From positions 9,641 to 73,640 of the forward strand of contig NW_021833455.1 in NCBI RefSeq assembly GCF_006345805.1: 64,000 bases of DNA. The letters run 5' to 3'. Shown here piece after piece: positions 38,454-51,587 of the stretch. A program made the position numbers and the translations under genes. Every line of letters begins with the position of its first letter. Within the stretch, counting starts at the first letter, position 1. The notes beneath the pieces were generated by a model, which saw only the letters and a list, made by a program, of their open reading frames with translations, was not told the origin of the DNA and ran no database searches. This DNA comes from Octopus sinensis (Eukaryota).

Positions 38454-38765
38454 TCACTACCTGGAACCGAACTCGGAATCTTAGGGTTAGTAGCCCGTGC
38501 TCCTAACCACTACGCCATATGCCCATGGGCTCTTAACCCAAGATTCTGAGTTCGATTCCAAGCAGTGAACATAATAATAATAATAAAAATAATAATAATA
38601 ACAACATCGAAAAATAGCTTAGGAATGAGAATCCAGGTTCAAAATTTCCCCAAGACATTTGATGAAGGCTGGAGGATATATCAGCTGAAACGTTGTGTTA
38701 ACAGCAAACAAAATGAGGACAAATATCCACCAAATGTAAATAATATAAATAACTCCTCATCTCTT
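38305..38765. mobile_element. tRNA-head / hammerhead-tail element, locus 2: head-to-head pair
   Basis: Minus unit 38305-38530 and 5'-truncated plus unit 38530-38765 meet at the palindrome GCCCATGGGC. Confidence 0.9.
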
Positions 38766-39208
38766 AGATATAGAACTGTAATACACACACACACACACAT
38801 ATATATGCATGCAACTTCATCCTCATATGCACATAGGTGTATGCTTACATATATATTAGACATTTATACATATAAATACACGCATCTATTGTCATAATAG
38901 CCGATGAGAATGCATCGTAGCTCTTAGCTCCAGCATTTGTCCTATTATGACAATTTACTGATTGTCCTAAACTATACATATATAAATTCCTCTATTTACC
39001 TAATATCACGGTCTCATTCTTTTGTTGTCTATTATTATTATTATTATTATTATTATCATTCATCATAATCATTTAACGTCCATTTTCCGTGCTAGCATGG
39101 GTTGGCCGGTTCGACCGGTGTCTGGGAAGCCAGGAGGCTGCACCAGGCTCCAGTCTGATCTGGCAGTGTTTCTACAGCTGGATGCCCTTCCTAACGCCAA
39201 CCACTCCG

Positions 39209-39264
<56 letters not shown>

Positions 39265-39753
39265 TGGTTGTCTACTCCTTATGCAGAGTTTGGCCACCTC
39301 CGGTACCTACACCTTAGAACCATCATGGCATCTGATGTGGCTTTTTAAACCAGGCAATGTTCTGAAAAGACACCCACACAGATTGCACATCCGATTTGGA
39401 CTACCAAGAGCTGCTGATTTTTGTGGATCTTAAAATGATTTTTGAGGCCTCTGTTAGATTTGCAGACCTGGCATACATTGCATTGAAAGGAGTGCACAGA
39501 CATATAGACAGAATAGTAGGTGGAGGTTTGTTTCCCATGGGTTCACAAATGAGATTTGAGCCCAGAATGTATAGAGGTGGAATAAATAACCACAAGGCAT
39601 TTTTTTCTGATGTTCTAACAATTCTGACAGCTAACTCAGGAGAAAATAGTGTAAAATGGGTCAGAAACCAGCAATAAGTCAAATAAAGTGAAACAACAAT
39701 GGCTGTCATATGTACATACACACACACACACACATGTGCGTATATGTGTGTGT

Positions 39754-40134
39754 GGAGGCGCAATGGCCTAGTGGTTAGGGCAGCGGACTCGTGGTCAAAG
39801 GATCTCAGTTTCGATTCCCAGGCCGAGCATTGTGAGTGTTTATTGAGCAAAAATACTTAAAAGCTCCACGAGGCTCCAGCAAGGGCTGGTAGCAAACCCT
39901 GTTGTACTCTTTCATCACAACTTTCTCTCACTCTTTCTTCCTGTTTCTGTTGTACCTGTATTTCAAAGGGGCCAGTCTTGTCACACTCTGTGTCACGCTG
40001 AATTTTCCCGAGAACTACGTTAAGGGTACACGTGTCTGTGGAGTACTCAGCCACTTGCACGTTAATTTCACGAGCAGGCTGTTCCGTTGATCAGATCAAC
40101 TGGAACCCTCGTCGTCGTACCTGATGGAGTGCCA
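39754..40134 (+). mobile_element. tRNA-derived SINE family C
   Basis: A-box TGGCCTAGTGG and B-box-like GTTTCGATTCC. Homologous copies at 50612-50921 and 61378-61705. Confidence 0.88.
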
Positions 40135-40579
40135 TAGTAATATGCGCGCGTGCGTGTGACTAACCTGGGTTATCTGATACCACAAGCAATATTTCCTATT
40201 TAATGTTACTTATTAGTGATAAATTATTAAGTTTCAAAATGAATGTTAGCCATGGTATGTTTGATTTGCTAAGTTTTTACAATAATCAAAGACTTTAATA
40301 ACAAATAAATGTATTTCATGAATTCATTTTTGGATATATTAATATCTGTATATCAGCTTGTTAAATAAAATATTTCTTTACAACTACCCTCAATATAAAT
40401 AAATTTGAAAATGAATATTACAGTTGTAAGCACAAATAAAAAAATCAATAAAATTTCATTATTTAATATAACACCTTAAAATTTATCCCCAAAAAAAAGC
40501 GATTATATTTTTACATAAAATTTTTTGTAAATATGTTGGAGTTGAAAGTAAAATATTTCACTTGTATCAGTTTCCAATT

Positions 40580-41135
40580 TTAGTACAAGGCCAGCAGTTC
40601 TGGATGAGGGAATAAATTGATTACATCAAACCTGGTACTCAATTGGGACTAATTTTATCAACCCCGAAAGGGATGATAAGTGAAGTTGGCCTCAGCGGAA
40701 TTTGAACTCAAAATGTAAAAAAAAAAAAAAAGCTAAAATGCTGTAAGGCATTTTGCCCAGGGTGCTAACAATTCTTTTCTACTCTAGGCACAAGGCCTCA
40801 AATTTTGGGGGACGGAGCCAGTTATGGCTAGATTGGCCCCAGTACACAACTGGTACTTAATTTATCGACCCCGAAAGCATAAAAGGCAACGTCGACCTTG
40901 GTGGAATTTGAACTCAGAACATAAAAACAGACAAAATACCGCTAAGCATTTTGCCCGGCATATTAACAATTCTGCCAGCTCGCCACCTTAACTGAGAGAA
41001 AATATTCTTTTCTACTACGGGCACAAGGCCCAAAACTTTTTGGGAGGGGGTCAGTTGGTGAAATTTGAACTCAGAACATAAAAACAAACGAAATACTGTT
41101 AAGCATTTCGCCCAGCATGCTAACAATTCTGCCCC
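40580..41135 (-). mobile_element. Cluster of SINE family A copies
   Basis: The GGAATTTGAACTCAGAAC core recurs three times. Confidence 0.8.
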
Positions 41136-42054
41136 ATATTATTATCACTTATATTGATTTCTCAAGTTTGAATACAACAGATTAGTAAGGGATTATAACC
41201 CGTTAATTGAATCAACTTAATTGGCTTATAAACTTTGATTATTTACTACAATACGTTAAAATTTATCAATAAACTAGCTGACCCTGTGCCGTCAAAAATG
41301 AAGGCTAATTGTAGTATTTTATATATAAATATGGATAGGAAATCAAATTAATACACTTGCCAATGTTATCAAGTGGTTGTCCTTCGAGATGTGACATCAA
41401 TCATCATTTGTTACTAAAAGAACGATGGTTCACATATACATTCACATATTTCCCTTGTACACACACACACACACATACAGGCATATACACACACATACAA
41501 ACATTCACATACTTCCCTTGTACACGCACACACACATACACACACACAGTTCAAATGCTCCCACTACCAGTTTGTCACCACCCCTCCCTTCCTTATTCAT
41601 CTATCACCCCTTCCTTTCTCGTTCATATGTTGTGACAGAGAAACACACAACAGTATTATTAAAGTAGATATATTTGCAAATTTTCCAGAGTAAATTTACT
41701 TTGGAGATAAAAATGGAAAATGCATCGTTAACATTGATCTCTCGTGTTGTTTCAACGCAACAGATTTGCAGAGGATTATATCAGTTAAACGAATCAACTT
41801 GACTGACTTTATGAAGCTCACACGATGAAAGGTCAAGTTTATTGCAGTCAGAGCAAAACAAGATACAGTAAAACATTTTAGCCCAATCCAACAGCCGGTC
41901 GGCTGTGCTAAGTGACACCTGTTTCTGCTATTAACAGGTGAACAGAGAAAAAGCTATTTGTTAACTGGCTTTTAGAGGATGAAATTAATGAAATATTAAA
42001 ATCAATGTCACTGTTACAAAACAGTAACATGTAATTAACAGTCTAAACAGCCCT

Positions 42055-42795
42055 GCAGACACGTTAGCGCGCCGGGCGAAATGCTTAGCTGTATTTCATC
42101 TGTCTTCACGTTCTGAGTTCAAATTCCGCCGAGGTCGACTTTGCCTTTCATCCTTTCAGGGTCGATTAAATAAGTACCAGTTAAGCACTGGGGTCGATGC
42201 AATCGACTTAATCCGTTTGTCTGTCCATGTTTGTTCCCTCTATGTTTAGCCCCTTGTGGGTAATAAAGAAACAATTAATATTATTAAAAAATAGTTTCCT
42301 CAATATATATATATATATCTGATTGCATCAGTTTATTCTTTAATATTGGTTTCAAATTTTATCACAAGGCCAGTAATTTTAGGAGGAGCTAAGTCAATTA
42401 GATTGACCCCAATATTCAACTGGTACTTATTTTATTGACCTCAAAAAGATAACCTTTGTGGAATTTGATCTCAGCATGTAAAGACAGACAAAATGCTATT
42501 AAACATTTTACTAATGATGTGCTAATGATTCTGTCAGTTCGCTGTCTTAATTTGCTCTTTAATATTCAACCTTTAACTCTGGTGGTAAACTGGCAGAAGT
42601 GTTAGCACACCGGGTGAAATGCTTAGCAGTATTTCGTCTGCCGTTATGTTCTAAGTTCAAATTCCGCCAAGGTCGACTTAGCTTTTCATCCTTTTGGGTT
42701 CAATAAATTAAGTTCCAATTACGTGTTGGGGTCGATCGAATCGACTGGTCCCCATCCCCCAAAATTTCGGGCCTTGTGCCTAGAGTAGAAAAGGA
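42055..42795. mobile_element. Three SINE family A copies (+, -, +)
   Basis: Family A cores at about 42055-42272, 42345-42545 and 42580-42795. Confidence 0.8.
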
Positions 42796-43261
42796 ATATT
42801 CAACCCCTAACTAAAAGCTTAGGTACAAACGCAAATTACAGTTCCCTTCGTATACTTCCTGAAATTTCAATATAATAATTCACAGGTAGATCAATATACA
42901 AAAGAGTCGAGTACCAAACTAAACAATAACCATGACTTCTTTAAATAGAAGTCAGTAGTAATTACACTGTGACTAGTATGTAATCAAATGTTACTATGAC
43001 TAAGAATGCACACTAGCTCTTCCTAATACAAATTTAAACTGTCTCAGCTGTTATTAGCCCACTTTAATCCTATCATCCAGTGCTTTCCTCTCAACTATCC
43101 TCAATTTACCTAATTAAAACACATAACATCAAGTGCTTTCAACGTAACTCACTTTATAAATGAAATTAATAAATAAATAGAATATAAATTATGTTATTTG
43201 TATAAATAGTCAGACATATTTTAGGGGAGATGTTATATTCAAAATGTAACAGGATAATTGA

Positions 43262-43491
43262 TTAACCCTTTCGTTACTGTATTTCTGTTGAGATGTTCTG
43301 TGTTTCTTTCAATTAATTTTCAATATAACAAAGAATTTAGTAAAATAACTTAGTTGTCATTAAGCTAGTGTTAAGAACATAAATTGCGACTAAGGTTTGG
43401 TGGAAGATTTGGATTCAAAACTCATGAAAACAAGACATTTGTACTACAGAGCCAGAGGTGGTTTCAGCCAGGTTGGTACCAAAAGGGTTAA
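43262..43491. mobile_element. piggyBac-like MITE family 1, reverse orientation
   Basis: TTAA|CCCTTTCGTTAC ... GGTACCAAAAGGG|TTAA. Confidence 0.9.
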
Positions 43492-43599
43492 GTAGAATGC
43501 AATAAAACATAGAAACATCTGTGGTTGTAGGAACAAATTTAAATGTGTATGTCTTTGGCATTTATTCACGAATCATATTAAGAAGTTATCTTTTACTTT

Positions 43600-44210
43600 T
43601 TTAGTCGCTGGACTGTGGCCATGCTGGGGCCCCACCTTGAAACATTTCTAGTCAAATGAATCAACCCAATATTTGCTTTTTTTTTAAATCCGGGTACTTA
43701 TTTTGTTGGTCTCTTTTGCCAAATTGCTAAGTTATGGGGAAGTAAACAAACCAGCACCAGTTGTCATGTAGTGGTGTGAGACAACACAAACACAAAGCAG
43801 CAACACTCGAAAGGAATTCACTCACTCATGGAGGCAAAGTAGCTGAGTGTTGGGCCTCATGAAGGCAATGACCAAGACTTTTGGCATTATGTTGTGCTTG
43901 GGAAGAAGACCCATCAAGCTGAACAATATTGCAGATGTGGCAGACACCAGTGTCACACAAATTGGCACCCATGCTGGTGGCATGTAAAAGCACTTCTTAC
44001 ACTCTTGGGGGTGGTTGGCATTAGGAAGGGCATGCAGCCATACAAAACCATGCAACCCATGCCAGCATGGACAACGGACATTAAATGATGATGCAGATAC
44101 ATACACATACACACACACAAGACAGGCTTCTTTCAGTTTCTGTCTACCAATCTAGTCACAAACTTCTTTTTGGCCTGAGGCCATTTGCCCAAGATGCCAC
44201 ATGGTTCTCT
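43600..44210 (-). mobile_element. SINE family B split by an RTE-like 3' fragment (about 43798-44094)
   Basis: Tail half, inserted RTE tail ending GATGATG, then head half. Confidence 0.7.
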
Positions 44211-45071
44211 AATATGCCAACTCTTATAAACTAGCATAAACACTATTTTAGATGAAATGAAAAAAAATCTAAATCGTTAAAATGTTTTCAGTTCATCTTT
44301 TAGTGCTGGCATCATGTAAAAAGTGTCTGTGATGGCGCCATATAAAAAGCACGAGTGCTGGTGTTGCGTAAAATGCACCCAGTACACTCTGTAAAGGGGT
44401 TGGCTTTAAGAAGGGCATGTAATGGTTATATATAAGGTGTTGATGTGGCTGTGTGTATGTTATTACAAGAGTTCATATAGAGATGAAGAATAAATTCAAG
44501 ACTTATAATATTTACTACATAAAAATACATTTTATTTACTGGTCAACGATGAAACATAACCGTAATGTAGAATCTAGTTGAATGAAGTAATCTATGCAAG
44601 AAAGTTCAGCGATAGGAAATATAGAAATAACAGCTAAGTGGCAGCTTTCAGTCATGTGGCATAGAGAAATAGATGGACATGGCAATGACATGAATGGTTC
44701 TAAGTCTAAACAACCAAGAAGCAAAGAGCGGAGTTAGCAAGCTGTTTTTATTAATGGAACACTAGACATTTTAGAAACTTCCAAGAGAAATGCTAAGCTT
44801 CTTGAATAATTAAGAATCACGTCTCCTGACACAGAAGCTTCAAGAAAGTTAGAAAGGAAGATCCTTCTTGCAAGGGAGATCATTCAACTATTTAGCTACA
44901 AAGACCACTACAGACATCTAGCTGTAGAAATCATGCTTAAACAGACAACTGGAGCCTGGTGCAGCTCTCCGGCTGGCAAGCTCCTTGTCAAACCATCCAA
45001 CCCATGCCAGCATGGAAAATGGATGTGAAATGATGACGATTTATCAGCAAACTAATCAGACATGAGCTTAC

Positions 45072-45133
45072 CTCACATAGTTTACCATTGGTGGACGTCG
45101 ATGGTATATGATTATTCAAATCAACATCTGGAT
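45072..45133 (-). CDS. Host gene exon: (D)PDVDLNNHIPSTSTNGKLCE
   Basis: Acceptor aattttttcctgtag|AT, donor GAG|gtaagc. 62 nt, phase 1 to 0. Splicing to 17186 creates LCEKC. Confidence 0.75.
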
Positions 45134-45859
45134 CTACAGGAAAAAATTTGTACATGAATGAAATGAAATAAAATGCAGCTGTTACTGTGACGATATCAAA
45201 ATGCTTAAATGTCAAATGCAAAAAGACAAAACAATTACGTTTTACAAAAAAAATAAACAAACAGATAAGTGAAAATAAGAAATTCACAGTAAATTGAAAT
45301 AAAATGACTGGAGCTATGATTATAGTTTAGATAACATTTAACAATTATACAATAAATAGTAAAACAAGTTAAGACTGAAACTGAAGTCATGCGACAAAGA
45401 CTTTCATAAACACAAAAAAAAAAGAACAAAATGTGAAGATTAAATACAACAAGGAACTGAATAAAGTAAATATTGAAAATAGTTTTAAGAAAACAATCTC
45501 AGTAAATTGTACACAGCAGGCAAGTGTATTTATAACGACTAACAATGAAGTGTGATTTTTTGAAACTGAAGATAGATATTACTGAGTCAATCTTATAAGA
45601 TAACCAATAAAACGGTTGTAGTAAGTTATTAAGATTTCTATGAGGTCTAACCCAGTGATTGCCAAACTTGTCATGGAACCCTTATATATTTCCCAAAAAC
45701 TGCAGCAACCATACCAATAAAGGTACAAAAATTCCCTACCACCTTAATTTTAAAAACATTAGATCTAACAAAAAATCCTTAAGAAAGATAATTAGTGCGT
45801 ATGTCTGTGTGTGTTTAATATTTTAAATTAATCTATCCAGTAATGTTACACAGCTAAAC

Positions 45860-45938
45860 TTAGTGGGTATTTAAGCAATGGGTTCATGGATAGTTGATGA
45901 GTTAGTTGGATGTGATGCTGATGAATCAGCAATAACTC
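45860..45938 (-). CDS. Possible alternative exon. Phase 0: ELLLIHQHHIQLTHQLSMNPLLKYPL. Phase 1 terminal: GVIADSSASHPTNSSTIHEPIA*
   Basis: Good acceptor tatatttcag|GAG. The donor AA|gtttag is weak. Confidence 0.3.
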
Positions 45939-47484
45939 CTGAAATATATATATACACCAGTATTTTCTATCTTCTATTGCATTGTTTATGTAGACAAATT
46001 CATATTAGAAACATAACTTTCAGTACTGGTTCTGAATTCTATAGAAAATTTGTGGAAATAAACTTAAGTTATATATATATATACATATATATAATATGAT
46101 ATATAACTTGAAAATGATGAATACTAATTTTGTTATAAAGCAGAATTTTTTTAAGTGAACATACTTTAGAAAACGTTGATCTAGCTAATAAAATCATTTG
46201 TTTTTCCTTAACTCTTGACATTTTAAACTACAACAGAAATAGATATCCATAATCATATAATTTTAGGTAAATAAAAAATTTGTAACTTTAAAAAAAAAAG
46301 ATGAAAATCTTTGGAATAAATTATTTAGTTTTTTGGGTGGTAGGGGTTGTTTTGGTTTAGAGATTGTATCATAGACAGGAAAAGAAATGTTTGAAATGGC
46401 TGGTTTCCAAAAATGTTATATAATCTCAGACATTAACAATGCAAGAAAGCAAAAAATATCAAATTACTACAGTTGATGTAATAATATCTATTCCAATATC
46501 TTGACTAAATTAAAATATTATATCAGGTGCAATCTTGTTTTTATTGTAAATTAAAGAAAGCAAATATCAATGAAAATCAATACCTTATCTGCGAAAACAC
46601 TAGATTATCTAATTTAGAAGTTAATCTATTTAAAAGAAAGAAAACATAACTTAGAATCAATTACAAAAATATTTCCATAACAAAATGTTTTCTGAACATG
46701 ATTTCCAGACTTTTGAAAGAAATTATGTTTGCAAACAAAATCCAGAAATGATTTATATTTAAATGATTGGGGAAAATCACAAATCAGAGTTGGGAAATGG
46801 TTTTATCTTTTTATTTGAAACTGTTCTACGAAAAACATTGTTTTATTCCTTACCAAATGATAACTAACCCGTGAAAAGATTTATGGGAAAACAATACAGT
46901 TCAATAAGTTTACTGTTAACAAAATATCTCTCTATAAGGAAGTCATAAGTTATTTTGGATTTACTAATATAACATAACCACCCAGTAGAGTTTAATATTC
47001 AAAAATTCTTACAATAAAAGAAAAAAAAAACAAACAGAATCAAATTTTCCATTTTCTTTCTGCTTTTCTAATTTTGAAACAATATTTTTTTTTTCAATAA
47101 CAGTTGAATGAATCTAAACTTCAAATTCCAATAGAAAAGCAAAAAATTAAAATTTGTATTAACTAGAAATGTTTTTCTTTTAGATAAAAATAAAAAAAAA
47201 TAAATTTGAAATTCTTATGAATGGAAGAGAAATATATCCAGCTAGGCATTTTCCTATTTTAAGCATGGAACAAAGCCAGCAGAATCTCAATTTACACAAC
47301 TAAAATATCAAAATACTTTTCAAACAATGTCATCAAAGATATCTCTTATTGAATATTATTTGATTAGAAACAAAAGTCCAACTAGGCCAGTTGCCAGTTG
47401 CTTCGTTTTTAACTAATTAATTTGCTGACAACACACATTAAGCTGTTGAGTATTGATAACTTCTTTGAGTAAACTTACCCTTAC

Positions 47485-47528
47485 CATTTTTAACTGCTGC
47501 CAAAGATTTTTGTAAAGTCTAGATCTTC
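47485..47528 (-). CDS. Possible cassette exon (G)RSRLYKNLWQQLKM with tandem donors
   Basis: Acceptor attaacaacttag|GA, donors ATG|gtaagg|gtaagt 6 nt apart. Phase 1 to 0. Confidence 0.35.
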
Positions 47529-47579
47529 CTAAGTTGTTAATATAAATTTATTTTGTACAGAATATACGGTATGATCTGA

Positions 47580-47880
47580 AAGGTTAAAATTTCACAACGA
47601 AAACTGGCAAAAACCAATGTAAAGTGAACTTTCATGAAGCAGCAACAAGCAAAGACAGTGATAATTTCTTAAATCCATCTGAGTTTAAAAGAAAACTATC
47701 AGAGTTTCACAATATCTAAGAATTAGGTAATTCTGCCATACCCTTTTCCAAAGTTTATTGCTGTCTTCAAACATAGACTCATATCTTATTCTAGGAGAGA
47801 AAACTTTCAGAGGGAAGATTTCAAAAAATATTGGTCTTACATCAAAACTAAAGCCAGGAAGTTCTTTTGAAATGTTCTGT
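47580..47880 (+). mobile_element. Probable old LINE ORF remnant
   Basis: FKKYWSYIKTKARK resembles the KKFWSY(I/V)K motif between APE and RT in CR1/L2/Jockey-type ORF2. This is a single motif only. Confidence 0.35.
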
Positions 47881-48451
47881 GATAGAAGCTTGTTTGGAAC
47901 ATGATTGTTTTACTTCTTTCAGTCAGTCACTGGACTGTGACCATGCTGGGGCATCATAGCCTAGAAGAATTTTTAGTCGATCAAATTGCCCCAATATATA
48001 TTTTTCTTTTTTAAACTTGGAACTTATTAAATCCGTTCTTTTTGCTGAATTGCTAGATCACTGGGATGTAAACACACCAACACTGGTTATCAAGTAGTGG
48101 TGGGGGGAACAAACACGGACCCAAAGGCACACACACGCACACGATGAACAACTTCTTCCACAAAACACAGAAAAGATGCAAGGCTACGTTTGAAGATGTT
48201 TGATGCTATTTTATAAATTACAGAAATGAATAACACTAACTAATGAACTCAATTTTTAAATGAAAATTAATAAATGCAAAAACAGCCTTAAAAAAAAAAG
48301 TCATTGCTCAAATGAAATTTTAAATGCAACAAAGCAACCAAATGAAAATAACCAATTGAAAATAAAGAAATTTATAATGACACACAGAAATAATATGAAG
48401 CAATCTATAATAAGCTAAGAAGCTTTTTATAGATAAGATTCAGCTAATTAC

Positions 48452-48517
48452 CAGTAGGGCTTAGGAGGTAGAATCCACCACAGAAAATATTCCCGTTTTG
48501 TGTACCATTTAAGGTTT
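48452..48517 (-). CDS. Host gene exon: (E)TLNGTQNGNIFCGGFYLLSPT
   Basis: Acceptor ttcttgattttag|AA, donor CTG|gtaatt. 66 nt, phase 1 to 1. Confidence 0.7.
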
Positions 48518-48678
48518 CTAAAATCAAGAACATTAGATGACGTTTGCTTCAGTATAAGTTTTACATTCAGTTGTAAAATAACTAAATATCAAGTGTTGAA
48601 AAGTCAGAAGTGAAAAATATACATGTAAATGAAAAACCAAGAAATAAGTGTTAAATATTTTAAACGTAGAATTACAAA

Positions 48679-48929
48679 AATGAAATGAGGAAAGCTTCAA
48701 ACAATGCAGAAATGGAAGTTGAAGAACTTTTACATATTTCAGGTGCAAAGGCCCATCATCAGAAGAACACAGTACAAGCATCTAACTAAAACAGGTCCAC
48801 TGCTCATCTGGCAATCCCAAAAGCAGGATCTATGTCGACACATATTTGCTTGACAGTATTTTTCTGAAGATGAGCTTTTGTGTCCGAAACTTTCATCTCT
48901 GCATTGTTTAGATTTCCACATTTCATTCA
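48679..48929. repeat. Old imperfect inverted repeat with a hammerhead-like core in each arm
   Basis: Arms 48679-48780 and 48847-48929 share TGAAATG(A/T)GGAAA..AAACAATGCAGA(A/G)ATG(G/A)AAGTT and CATC(A/T)TCAGAA..CAAGCA. Confidence 0.65.
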
Positions 48930-50031
48930 TTAGTCTGCTTCTGTACTTATGGCACTTCAAGCGAACTACAATTCTTTTCTATTTTAAATGTAATAATAAA
49001 TCCAACACTTTCAATATAATTAGGAAAAGAAACGATGCTTTTGACCTGCACAGAATAATCCTCTTGGATCGTTTATAATATTCCGTAACTTTAACCCTTT
49101 AGCATCCAATTTACTTTGTGAAATGCATAATTGTTGTCAATTATTCATGCATTGTCTTGTAGCTTTGAAGTTTGATAATGTGTTTATTTTTAGAATGACA
49201 TTGTAGGGTAGGTGTGAGAGGCAAGATCTCATTGGTTTGAATAGAAAACAGAATATTTGACCAGTTTAGATGCTAAAGGATTAAACCAGTCATATTTGGC
49301 CCAAATAGTCTATCTGTTTTATTATCAAACCAGCCAGATGTGGCCAGTCACACCTAACCTACAATAAACAATCACATCATTGGAGTCTCAACTCTACAAG
49401 ACGACATGTGATTAATTCAAAACAATGTGAATAAATAAGCATTACCTTTGGCAGAGTAAATTGAATATTAAGGGATTAAATCAACATGGCGTTAACACTA
49501 TTCACTCACACCAAAAATGAAAAGGAAAATCAAACAGAAGAAGAGTGTAATTAAAATTCCTGAATAAGAACAGATGAGAAAAGTTTCTCATGATGCACGA
49601 GATGACAAGTTCATAAAGGAAGACGATAAACATTGAAAATAAAGGCATACTTTCTCAAGAATATTACCAGTAAGTGAATTCGGGGTTGCAACTGGGAATT
49701 GGAAACCTTAATATTGTCATGTCCACTAGATTAGTAAGTGGTAACAACAACAATAATAATAATGATAATAACAATAATAATAATTTTTTCTGCTATAGAC
49801 ACAAGGCCTGAGATTTTAAAGGAGGAGGTAAGTCAATTAAACCCACTCCAGTTCATGACTGGTACTCATTTTATCTGCCCCAAAAGGATGAAAGGCAAAG
49901 TTGACCTTGGTGGAAGTGAAACTCAAGAGTCTAACGGAGGAAATGCTGCTAAGCATTTTTGCTTGGAGTACTGACAATTCTGCAAGATCACCACCACCAC
50001 CACCACAACAACAATAATAATAATAACAATG

Positions 50032-50079
<48 letters not shown>

Positions 50080-50611
50080 GTAGTAGTAGTAGTAGTAGTA
50101 GCAATAGTGATGGCTTCAAATTTTGGCACAAGGCCAGCAAATTTTGGGGAGTGAGTAAGGTGGTTAATTTGACCCAAATGATCAACTGGTACTAATTATA
50201 TTGACCCCATAAGGATGAAAGGCAAAGTCAACTTCAACAGAATTTGAACTCAGAACGTAAAGATGGATGAAATGCCACGAAGCATTTTGCGCAGATTGGT
50301 AACATTTCTGCCAACTCGCTAGTAACAACAACAACAATAATAATAATCATTTTCCTGCAACAGCGAATTAGTTAAGAATGTCCTGGGTACAAACCCAAGG
50401 CAGTTGTGTGTTGTGACCCCCTTCAGTCATGAATGACCATGGGATTGCACCTAGAAAGTTACCCTCGGAGGCACAAGTCTGGGCAAGGTTGTTTTTATGG
50501 AAGACCAGCAGTTGCCTATGCATACCACCCTCTCTTCGCACCACCGATGTTATCCACAGGAAAGGCAAAGGCCGAAACAGCTTGGCACCAGTGACATCAC
50601 AGCTCATTTAT

Positions 50612-50921
50612 TAACGTGCAAGTGGCTGAGCACTCCACAGACACGTGTACCCTCAATGTAGTTCTCAGGGAGATTCAGCATGACACAGAGTGTGACAAGG
50701 CTGGTCCTTTGAAATACAGATACAACAGAAACAGGAAGAAAGAGTGAGAGAAAGTTGTGGTGAAAGTGTGCAGCTGGGTTCACCACCACCCCCTGCTGGA
50801 GCCTTGTGGAGCTTTAGGTGTTTTCGTTCAATAAACAATCACAATGCCCGGTCTGGGAATCAAAACCACGATCCTACGACTGCGAGTCCACTGCCCTAAC
50901 CACTAGGCCATTGCGCCTCCA
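50612..50921 (-). mobile_element. SINE family C
   Basis: Reverse complement of 39754-40070. Confidence 0.88.
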
Positions 50922-51587
50922 CCCCAAGGTAGTGTAAAGAATGTAAAATGCCAATCTCTTGACTTGACCATCCACTTTCTTGGTATGTATGTATAATTCC
51001 AAGAATCGTGTAGCAGATTAAATCTCATGGAATGGTACCTTGAGATAGAGATTGGAATTCTAATAACCACCACCATCATCATACTAACAATACAGTTTCC
51101 CATGCTAGCAGGAGTCACACGAAATTTGTTGAGGCAGATTGTCCACTGCCAGATACCAAACTTTATCTTAATTCCAAGTACAGTAACATCCCTCATGGCC
51201 AGAGAATTTTTCATCAAAGACAGAAAATGAATGACATTATTTTATATGATGGGGATGTTTGTTCACAACTATCATATGATGTCAAGACAAGAGGACATGT
51301 ACACACATACACACAGAAAAGATGGGCTTCTTTCAGTTTCTGTCAACCAAATCCATTCACAAAGCTTTGGTCGTCTGGGGCAATAGTGGAAGACACTGAA
51401 AATGCCATGCAGTGGAACAGAACCCAAAAACCATGTGATTGGGAAGTAAACTATTTTACATATACATGCTTTTAGCTGATATTTTCACAAAACATTTAAA
51501 GTCTATACTTGTGTAAATGATGTCAATTTAATCACGATGGTAAAGAAAAGTCGGATAAAATGGATGATATTCAAAATATCAGTAACA

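Noticed and set aside
46584-46625. 42-nt candidate exon LTSKLDNLVFSQI with a strong acceptor
   Set aside because: Open only in phase 2, which is incompatible with the neighbouring exons in the main frame.
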